Shown: piece by piece, positions 12,428-22,000 of the stretch | Layout of the letters: every line of letters begins with the position of its first letter | Position numbering within the stretch: position 1 is the stretch's first letter | Assembly (NCBI RefSeq): GCF_030028105.1 | Contig: NC_092401.1 | Span: 7,660,984-7,724,983, forward strand | Length of the DNA: 64,000 nt | Origin: Mobula birostris | Taxonomy: Eukaryota | Direction: 5' to 3' | Made by a program: the position numbers and the translations under genes | The notes under the pieces: model-generated | Database searches by the model: none | What the model saw: only the letters and a program-made list of their open reading frames with translations | Told to the model about the DNA's origin: nothing

Positions 12428-12965
12428 ACACTTGGGTACAGTAATGGTGAGAAAGTGTATGTAATTGTGTAATATGGGTACAGTACAGGTGGGGAATGGT
12501 CTGTAATTGTGTAATGCTGGGGTACAGAAACAGTGGGGACGGGTCTGTAATTGTTTAATATTGGAGTACAGTACTGGTGAGGACAGCTATGTAATTGTTT
12601 AACACTGGGGTACAATACCGGTGGGGCAGGTCTGTAATTGTGTAACACTGGGGTACAGTAATGATGGGGAAGAGACTGCAATTCCCTAACACTGGGATAC
12701 AGTACTGTTGGAGAAGGGTCTGTAATTGTGTGATGCTAGGGTACAGTACTGGTGGGGACAGGTCAGTAATTGTGTAACACTCTGGGGTACAGTAATAGTG
12801 GAGAAGGGTATGTAATTTTGTAACACAGGGGTACAGTAATGATGGAGAAGGGTCTGTCATTGTGTAACATTGGGGTATAGTATTAGTGCGGACAGGTCTG
12901 TAATTGTGTAACACTGGGGTACAGTAATGGTGAGGATGTGTTTGTCACTGTATTACACTGGTGTA
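12428..12965. repeat. Minisatellite, ~43-44-bp unit, ~12 diverged copies
   Basis: Unit ~ggggtacagtaatgatggagaagggtctgtaattgtgtaacact. Confidence 0.9.
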
Positions 12966-13011
12966 GAGCATTCCACACTCTGCCAGATTTCTGCTCTAAC
13001 TCCACTCATAC

Positions 13012-13091
13012 CAGTGGTTCCCAGCTGGGGGTTCACGGACCCCTCAGTTAATGGTAGGGGTCTATGACATCAAAAAGTTTGGGAATACCTG
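13012..13091. mobile_element. ~80-bp hAT-like MITE
   Basis: cagtggttccca...tttgggaatacctg; flanks actcatac/actaatag resemble an 8-bp TSD. Confidence 0.65.
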
Positions 13092-13121
13092 ACTAATAGG
13101 TTGCGTACTGGGCTGTATCTC

Positions 13122-13394
13122 ACTGAGTCAGTGTACAGGAAGGAGACAGAGAGAGAAATAACTGAATCAGCGTACAGGAAGGAGACAGATAGACAAATAA
13201 CTGCATCAGTGTACAGGAAGGAGACAGAGAGAGAAATAACTGAATCAGCGTACAGGAAGGAGACAGATAGACAAATAACTGCATCAGTGTACAGGAAGGA
13301 GACAGAGAGAGAAATAACTGAATCAGCGTACAGGAAGGAGACAGATAGACAAACAACTGAGTCAGTGTACAGGAAGGAGACAGATAGACAACAA
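13122..13394. repeat. Minisatellite, 39-bp unit, 7 copies with alternating A/B variants
   Basis: actgaatcagcgtacaggaaggagacagatagacaaata alternates with actgcatcagtgtacaggaaggagacagagagagaaata. Confidence 0.95.
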
Positions 13395-13750
13395 CCCTTC
13401 CCAGTGCAGGCAACACCAAAGAGCTGGTCATTGACTTCAGGAGGTCTGGGTGGGAGTTGGTCGGTGGAGGGTGGTGGGATGCACACGCACCTGTCTGCAT
13501 AACCTGTGGTTGAGACTGTTAAGGACTTGAAGTTCCCAGCAGTGTGGATGAGTCTGTCCTTGCCCATCCTCACAGATCCCATGGCCAGGAAATGTCACCA
13601 ATGCCTCTACTTCCCCAGGAGGCTAAAGAAAGTAGATGTGACCCCGTTGACGCTGACCGATTTTTAATATGGTGCAGCATGGGAAACAGCCTCTCTTGGC
13701 TTGGTACGACAACTGCTCTGCCCGTGAACACAAGAAACTGCAAAGGGCGT

Positions 13751-14584
13751 TGTCACGTGATTGGCAACAATGAATATATTGAGTCAGGATTTATAAACAA
13801 ACAAACATTTATTAAACCCTGATAAACAATGAAAAAGAAAACGAAAACCCTAACTGGAAGTAAACGGCAATGCAGCCATTCAGTAAATCACTACTCAGTA
13901 CTAGTTCTTAAAGCGATAAATTCAAACACAGTTCTTTGAATGGTAAATTTTAAAGTCCAAGAGATTTATACAGTCAATTAGGAGAGACTTCCATGAAGTA
14001 ACGAGTTCCTCGCAGACATGACGTCACTGCCACTCCCAGTCGGATCCTGCCTTTTCCACAGGATTCATGATGAACGGAAATAAAACAGTTTTAAAGGCAC
14101 TGACCTTTCTCCTTCGTAGAATAAATCTTGCACAGCCTTTCTGACACTTTTAGCAGAGGCTATCTCATGCAGATCACTCTTTCTTGAACGAATTCAATAA
14201 TGGTCGATCCTTTCCAAACCCGTCAAACGTCTCCTTCAGGGTCCCGTCTTCACTCTTCAATGTTACTGAAAAGATACTTTAACAAACCGGGCAGTGATTA
14301 TCAGACTGCCGGTCCAGACTTCTGTACATTACATTAGAACATAAAACTCCATTTAAAATCAAAACTGCGTCATACTGCAAAAACACAGTGGAGCGGAGTA
14401 TCTCCTTGACTTTCTAACTGTTAAACTAACTGCATCACCAGGGGTCTTCCCCTTTTATACCTGTGGTGAACATGTCATCACGTGACCTCACATCGGCGGG
14501 AAAATTACATCAGGTGACCTCCAAAAAAAAACCATTACATCATTCTCACAAGAAAGTCACAAGATCTCCTAGAGGTATGTAACA
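13751..14584 (-). repeat. 3' LTR (834 bp) of the Gmr1-like element
   Basis: TGTTAC...GTGACA on the minus strand, preceded by a polypurine tract. Confidence 0.88.
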
Positions 14585-17160
14585 CCTCCCACCAAAAAAA
14601 TTGGTCTCTTAAAGAACAAAATTTTAATAATTGACAATTTACCAAAAAAAATACAAAGGTATAAAATTTACAACATACACAATATACACAGTATTATCTT
14701 TCAGCATTTTACAAACTAATATACAGTAGGAGTCTTACAAATGTTAAAATACCACTCCATAAAAAAAATTACATTGTCCATTTAACATCTAGATAGACAA
14801 TCAGCAATTACATTATCTTTACCTTTAATATGAGTGGTCAAAATATTGTACTCCTGTAACATTAAACTCCAATTTAGTAATCTTCTATTTTTGTTTTTCA
14901 TCTTACTCAAAAGCACTAACGGATTATGATCGGTATAAACTGTGAGTGGTTTATGAGTAGTACTGACATACACTTTAAAATGTTGTAAAGCCAAAACAAG
15001 AGATAATAATTCCTTTTCTATTGTTGAATAATTTCTTTGATGGACATGAAATTCCTTAGAAATATAAGCTACCGGACGATCAACTTCATCACCCTCATCT
15101 CTTTGAAGTAACACTGCTTCTGCAGCTTCATCACTAGCATCTACAGCTAATGAAAATGGTTTTTCAAAGTCAGGAGATTTGAGCACAGGTTGAAAACATA
15201 CAATAGTTTTGAATTTATCAAAGGCCTCTTGATAAAGCTCTGTCCAAACAAATTTTTCATTTTTCTTCAAGAGGTTAGTTAATGGAAGAGCAATGTTCGC
15301 AAAATCCTTACAAAATTTTCTGTAATATCCTACCATACCCAAGAATCTTCTGAGAGTTTTTCTACCAGTTGGACTGGGTACTTCTAAAATTGCCTGAACT
15401 TTCGCCTGAACAGGTGCTAATTTTCCCTGACCCACAACATAATCAAGGTAGGTCACTGTGGCATGACCAAATTCACTTTTAGCTAAGTTAATAGTTAAGT
15501 TAGCTTTTGAAAGTCTTTCAAATAGTTTCTCCACCGCCGCAGTAATATGTGTTTTCCACATATTATTTCCCGTAACTAAATAATCAATATAGGCATCTGT
15601 ATCTTTTATCCCATGAATCACCTTATTAATCATCCTCTGGAAAGTACCTGGTGCATTCTTCATCCCAAATGGAAGAACATTATATTCACATAACCCAGAT
15701 GGAGTTACAAATGCAGAAACCTCCCTACCTCTATCCATCAATGGAACACACCAAAAACCTTTTAACAAATCAATCTTTGTAAGGAACTTGGCTTGTCCAA
15801 CCTTATCCACACAATCATCTACCCTAGGGACTGGTTATGCATCAATCTTTGTCACAGCATTCACCTTCCTGTAATCTGTACAAAACCTAATACTATTGTC
15901 ACCATAACACATAGTGAACTCCCATTCGAATTTGAAGGTCCAGTAATATTATTCTCTAACATATACTTAATTTCTTGTTCAGCAAGTTCACATTTTCCCT
16001 ATTCATTCTATATGGATGTTGTTTTATAGGCTTTGAATCTCCCACATCTACATCATGTGTAGCTATAGTGGTTCTTCTAGGAACGTCCGGAAATAAATCC
16101 CTATATTTAAAAATTAATTGTTTCATCTGCTCTCTCTGCTCTGGCTGGCAATGAGCTAATTTTTCATCAATATTTTCCAGAACTTCTGAGTTTGGTAATC
16201 CAGCTGAAATAACGTTGCGTTTAAAATGAATTTCAGATGAATCATCCATTAAGCTTTCAGTGGGATCAAATTCATTATTATTGACCACAACAGTCATAGT
16301 AGCATTTTGTTTCTCATAATACAGTTTTATCATATTTATATGACACAGCTGTGTTGGTTTTCTTCAATCTGGAGTTTTTAATCACGTAATCTACATCATT
16401 TACTTGGGATTTAATCTCATAAGGACCATGAAATTTAGCTTGTAATGGGTTTGTTTGCACTAGGAAAAGAACCAACACTTTATCTCCAGGCTTAAATGAC
16501 CTCATCCTAGCTTCCTTATCATACCAAGTCTTCATCTTTTCTTGAATTGATTTTAAATTTTCTTTGCCCAACCTACAAACTTTATGTAATCTTTCTTTAA
16601 ATTTTAAAACATAATCCAGCAAGTTAGTGTGTACCTCTTTATTAATCCACTTTTCCTTCAACAAGGCTAAAGGTCCTCGAACTCTGTGCCCAAACACAAG
16701 TTAAAAAGGACTAAAACCTAATGATTCCTGCACTGCCTCTCGTACTGCAAAAAGTAATAAGTGTACGCCTTCATCCCAATCCTTTTCATTTTCCACACAA
16801 TATGTCCTCATCATATTTTTAAGGGTAGAATGAAATCTCTCCAAGGCTCCTTGTGATTCTGGATGATATGCAGATGAGGTAATCTGTTTTGCTCTCAGTT
16901 TATAAACTATCTGCTGAAACAATCTAGACATAAAATTACTACCTTGATCCGATTGTATTTCCTTAGGCAACCCAAAATAAGTGAAGAATTTTATAAGAGC
17001 CTTTTTCACAGTTTTGGCTGTTATATTCCTAAGAGGTACTGCCTCTGGAAACCTAGACGCTGTGCACATAATAGTTAATAAATATTGATGTCTAGGTTTA
17101 GTTTTTGGCAAAGGACCTACACAGTCTACAATGATTTTGATCTCCTTGAGGGATGTAACA
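13751..17160 (-). mobile_element. Gmr1-like Gypsy LTR retrotransposon (INT-RT-RH order), internally deleted
   Basis: On the minus strand: 22-bp 5' LTR stub (17139-17160), integrase core (VDCVGP..SDQGSNF..LERFH) and GPY motif, RT (LTKIDLLKGFW..FGMKNAPGTFQR..YIDY), RNase H (DAS..ADCLSR), PPT tttttttggtgggagg, then the 3' LTR 13751-14584. 4-bp TSD gcgt/gtgt. Confidence 0.9.
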
Positions 17161-17910
17161 GTGTGGACACAGCTCAGCACATCATGGAAACCAGCCTCCT
17201 TTTCAGAGACTCTGTCTACATGTCTCACTGCCTGAGTACAGCAACTTGCATCGTCAAAGACCCCTCCCACCCCGGACATTCTCTCTTCACCCCTCTCCGT
17301 ATGGGCAGGAGATACAAGAGTCTGAAAGCACATAGCACAGGCTCAGGGACTGCTTCTACCCTGCTGTTTCAGTACAATAGACTCTTGACCTCACAACCTG
17401 CCTCATTATGCTCTTGTACCTTATTTTCTGCCTGCACTACGCCCTCTGTCACTGTTACACCTTACTCTGTGTTCTGATATTGTTTTCCCTCGTACTGCCT
17501 CAGTGCACTGTGTGACGAATTGATCTGTATGTACAGTAACCAAGGCAAGCTTTTCACTGTATCTCTGTACATACGACGATAATGCACTCATTCCAATTCC
17601 AGTTCCAGAGCACAAGCTCCTCTGGCAGTAACCACAATTTCAATGGACTCTCAGAACTATTCTGGCTGCAAGATTATTTGAGTTACTCTCCCTCCCAGAT
17701 CTGACCTTGTTCTAAATGCAGAACATGAACGGTAGTCAAGTGTTGAACAAGGGTGGACAAATATATGCCAATATTTATGCATATTTGACACCATATCTCT
17801 ACTTTGAACTTTAATTTTATATTAGTCTTTACTATTGTTGTTTTTGTTGCATGTCACACCAACACACAGAACATTCCTAATTGTATATGACAAATAAAAT
17901 TGATTCTCTC

Positions 17911-17916
17911 TTTATT
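17911..17916 (-). promoter_or_regulatory. Candidate polyadenylation signal (AATAAA) for the ICAM-like gene
   Basis: First AATAAA I found on the minus strand downstream of the stop, about 890 nt after it. Confidence 0.35.
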
Positions 17917-17944
17917 ATGATATTTCTTTAAAATGAATATTGAT

Positions 17945-18125
17945 TTGTCCTTGGCTTTTCACACCTGCCTATCACCTCCCCCTGGTGCTCCTCCTCTTTC
18001 CCTTTCTCCTCTGGTCAACTAACCTCTCCTATCAGATTCCTCCTTCTCCAGCCCTATACCATTCCCACCCACCTGGCTTCACCTCTCGTCTTCTAACTAT
18101 TTTCCTTCCCCTCACCCTATGTTTA
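17945..18125 (+). mobile_element. Penelope-like element 3' fragment
   Basis: Pyrimidine-rich ctcctatcagattcctccttctccagccct segment shared with 35385-35625 and 49290-49545. Confidence 0.55.
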
Positions 18126-18460
18126 ATTCTGCTCCTCCCAGAACCGGACACCGATCGACACCAGGGGATGATTAAAAAGCAAGAGAGAGACACTGTGTGG
18201 TCTGGGAAGGGAACTGCAGAGTTTAACTCTGAAGGCAGCTGCAAGTACAGCTCCCCCTAGTGCAGGGATGAATCAGCAATGGGCAGCCAGAAAGTCCTCG
18301 GGGAGTTGTGTAACTGGAGGAGATTACAGGGATAGAAAGCAATCCAATATCGACTATTTAAACTAGAGGATGAGAATGTTGCGAAAGGTGTTGCCTCACA
18401 TTTTATCCACTTGTAACATAATATAAAGGCAATATTTGTGTCATTTAAGCAAATAGTTAC

Positions 18461-18518
18461 CACAGAAGAAGATGATTGCAACATGTGAACAAATCTGTTA
18501 TCCAACGGTAATTTCCAT
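18461..18518 (-). pseudogene. Possible decayed signal-peptide exon of the downstream paralog
   Basis: ATG GAA ATT ACC GTT GGA TAA ... VAIIFFC G|GTAACT (phase 1), with one in-frame stop. It is preceded by GGGACATTCC and TTTCCGGG. It lies within the presumed 3' UTR of the intact gene. Confidence 0.25.
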
Positions 18519-18806
18519 GAGTGGGACGGAAAGTTGTCAGGCTCAGATGCCCTTATTGCTGAAATAGTCTTGATGCCCATGTTCAGGTGGTGACTCCGTG
18601 TTCGTAGAAATCCAAATCAACTTTTGAATGAATTGATTTAAAACAGCCCGGAAATCAACACTCTTGGGAATGTCCCTGCATTTAGCACAGTATATGTTGC
18701 CAGTAGACTGTAGTATTAGAATCAGCAGTCTCCCTCAGTAACAATATTCTTTAAATTATTGTTCTATCTGTGCAGAATTGATCGGTGTAACATCATGTAT
18801 ATTAGT

Positions 18807-19033
18807 TTATGAGTGGTTATTGTTTAGAACTCTGTCTGAATTCACTCCTGTTAAAGGAAAAGATTCCTGATCAATCCCAGAAGGGGTTTCCTGATTTCTA
18901 TGGGGTGCTGCATTCTTGACCTTGTAATGCCCTGTTTTCTGAGCTCTGTTTCTTCGGATGCAGGCGACGACCAGCACGACTAACAGTATTAGGATGATTA
19001 CCAAGATTATCAGCACCATCTTCCAAACATTAT
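18807..19033 (-). CDS. ICAM-like exon 8: transmembrane helix and cytoplasmic tail
   Basis: Acceptor gttccccag|AT. Translates DNVWKMVLIILVIILILLVVLVVACI RRNRAQKTGHYKV..NNNHS*, i.e. a hydrophobic stretch followed by a basic stop-transfer. Confidence 0.92.
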
Positions 19034-22000
19034 CTGGGGAACATGCACAAAAGCCATTACAGAATCATTAACCATCTCAGGCAAATACATCAATTGTAAA
19101 GCCACTGATCCTTCTGAAAATCCCGGAATCTTGTAGATTGCATGTACCTTACTGTTTACTCTCCCATGCTTTCTCAGATTTTCTAAAAAACACATACTAC
19201 ACAAGAAACATTTTGACGTGGTACTTCACAACCAATAAAAATCATTTCTGAGGAGTAATGACTGTGAAGGTCAAATTTCACCCAGCAAGACCAGAAACAA
19301 ACATGTGGCAATGCCATCATCTGCTTTAATAATGCTGATTGAGGGGCAAGTAGTGACCAGGATTCCATTAGAAATCATCTGCTCTTTGAGTTTGTGTCAT
19401 TTTGTTTTAGCTACAAGCCTGAGAAAGCAGGCTGTTTAATGCCTCAGCTGGAAGGCAGCACCTCAGAGAGTGCTCCCTCAGGTTGGAAGCCCGTGATGAG
19501 CTGTGTGCCCAGGGTTCAGAGCTAGGCCCATTGCTGTTTGGTCGAGAACATACAGGGACATGTTTAGGAAGTTTACAGATGACAAGAAGAATAGGTGGCA
19601 TTATGGACAGTGGAGGTGGTTATCGGGAATTACAGGGAAATCTTGATCAGCTACGTAAGTAGACAGAGGAATAGCAAATGGAGTTTAATTCAGATACGGA
19701 GGCACGGTAACATTGTGGTTAGCACAGCGCTTTACAGGACCAGCAACCCAGGTTCAGTTCCTGCCACTGTCTGTAAGGAGTTTGCATGATCCCACTGTGA
19801 CTGTATGGGTTTCCTCTGAGTTTCTCCCACAGTCCAAAGACGTACGAGCTGGTAGGTTAACTGGTCATTGTAAATTGTCCCGTGATTAGGCTAGGGTTCA
19901 TTCAGGGGTTGCTAGGTGGCAATAGAACAGAAAGAGCCGGAAAGGACTGTCCCATGCTGGAACTCAATCAATATATAAATGCGAGATGTTGCATTTTGGG
20001 AAGTGAAGTTAGTGTAGGACTTTGACAGTGAACGGCAGAGCTCTGGAGTGTGTTGCGGAACAGAGAGATCGAGGGACCTCAGTTTCCTTAAAGTGGTGTC
20101 ACAGGCAGACAGTATGGTGACAAAGGCTTTTGGCACACTGACCTTCATCAGTCAGACTATCAAGGGTAGTGGCTCTCCAGGATGTCAGTGCTGTTGATGT
20201 TTTTGTAGCAGGCAATTTCTTTTTTACGAGGCCGACTTGCTAGCTCAACATTCAACCCAGCAAGGATGGAAAGTGTGCACAGGAGCCGGCTGGATTCAAA
20301 CTTGGGACCTTCCGTCCCAAAGTCCAATGCTGATGCCACTACACCACCAGCTAGCTACGGTGAGAGGGGAGAGATTTTATAGGAACCTCAAGAGTAACAC
20401 TCTCACCCAGACAATAATCTATAAATGAATGAACCACCAGATCAAGAACATTTAAAAGCACTTAAACCACAGTCAGCACCACAGACCTTAACCCGCCTCC
20501 TGTAGGAACTGCCTGGGCACTCTTTGAGCAAACACAGAGGGATTGGAGAAACAGCTGCTGGGGCCACTGGTATGAACAGCCAAGAGGCCGTTTACAAAGC
20601 AGCACTGTTTGAGGCAGAGATCTCAAAGCAAAACACTGCAGATGCTGGAAATGTGAAATAAATACACTAGAATGGGAATACTTAGAAGTAAACAGGGTTA
20701 ATCTTCCAGATCTTTCATCTGATCCAACTTGAAGCTCTGTTTCTCTCTTCCAAGATGCTGTTGGACCTGCTGAGTATCCCAACATTTTCTGTCTTCATTA
20801 CTCTTAAAGGTAGTTTGTCCATTTCAACACACAAAAAATGCAGGAGGAACTCGGCAGGCCAGGCAGAATCTGTGGCAAAGGGAAAACAGTTGATGTTTCG
20901 GACCGAGACCCTTCAATAGGACTCACGAAGGGACCTGATGAAGAGTCTCAGCCTGAAACATCGACTGTTCATTCTTTTCCACAGATGCCGCCTGGCCTGC
21001 TGGGTTCATCCAGCACTTTGTGTTGTTGCTTTGGATTTCCAGCATCTGCAGACTTTCTCATGTTTGCAAATTTGCTCCTTTGCTGATGGTGTGCAGAGGA
21101 ATAGGGGAAAATAATGAATAACAGGATGTCAATCTCAGGAATCAGACAGAAGCTCAGTTTAACACCCCATCTGACAGCTGGTATGTCTGAGACTGCTTTC
21201 TCAGTACTGCTCAGGACACTAGCCTGGTTTTAATGCCCAAATTACTCAAGAGGGATTGAACCGCCAATCTCCCGACTCGAGGCAGGAGTACCATCCGACA
21301 AGCCACACACAGTCTGATATAGAGAGAGATCGTACACCTTTGTTTATCCTGGGCATGTCATAACTCTCAGCATTTACTGGTGATCACTCAGGGATGATAC
21401 CTTAGCTCTGAAATGGTTTATTTATTTATTTTCTCATCCATGCACTGTGACAAAGGTAACTTACTGACCTTCCATCTTGATTTCCACTTGCTTCTCATCT
21501 GTTCCAAGTTTATTGCTGGCTCTACACTTGTAAATTCCTTGATGTTCTGATGTTGCCTGGGAAATGTGGAGAACCCCAGGAAGGTCGGTTTCCCCTGTGA
21601 CTCCCTGACCGGGTCTTTCCCACGTCAGTGTTACCTGGGGGTTTCCACTGGAGTGACAGGTGACTGTAACTTCATCATATACTCTGATGAAGACTGAAAA
21701 CCCAGACACAGTTTTGTTATTTACTGATATAGTTGTGTTTCGTGGTTTATCTGGAAAAGAGTGAAAGGAGTGAAATTAACCATCCCCTCCCATAGGACAT
21801 AGAACAGTACAGCACGGGGTGGGCCCTTTGTCCCATGATGTTGTACCGACCTTTATAAACCTATTCCATCGACAACCCAACCCCTCCCTCCTACACAGCC
21901 CATCGTCCTCCATTCTTCTCTCATTCACGTGCCTATCTAATTCTCTTAAATGTCCCTTATGTATCCGTCTCAACACCCTCCCCTGACAGTGCAGTCCAGA

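Larger units (their letters stand above)
13410..17620 (+). mobile_element. Rex1/Babar-like LINE 3' fragment (13410-13750 + 17161-17620) split by an LTR element
   Basis: TKELVIDFRR-type motif at 13415; aagaaactgcaaagg|GCGT continues as GTGT|ggacacagctcagcacatc after the insertion. Confidence 0.8.

Noticed and set aside
12418-12914. Tyr/Cys/Pro-rich ORFs
   Set aside because: By-products of the 43-44-bp minisatellite.
13070-13582. ORFs of 126-170 aa with 13-aa periodicity
   Set aside because: By-products of the 39-bp minisatellite.
16701-17333. 210-aa ORF as a novel fusion protein
   Set aside because: The N-terminal part is antisense Rex-like LINE plus the LTR stub; only the integrase core is genuine.
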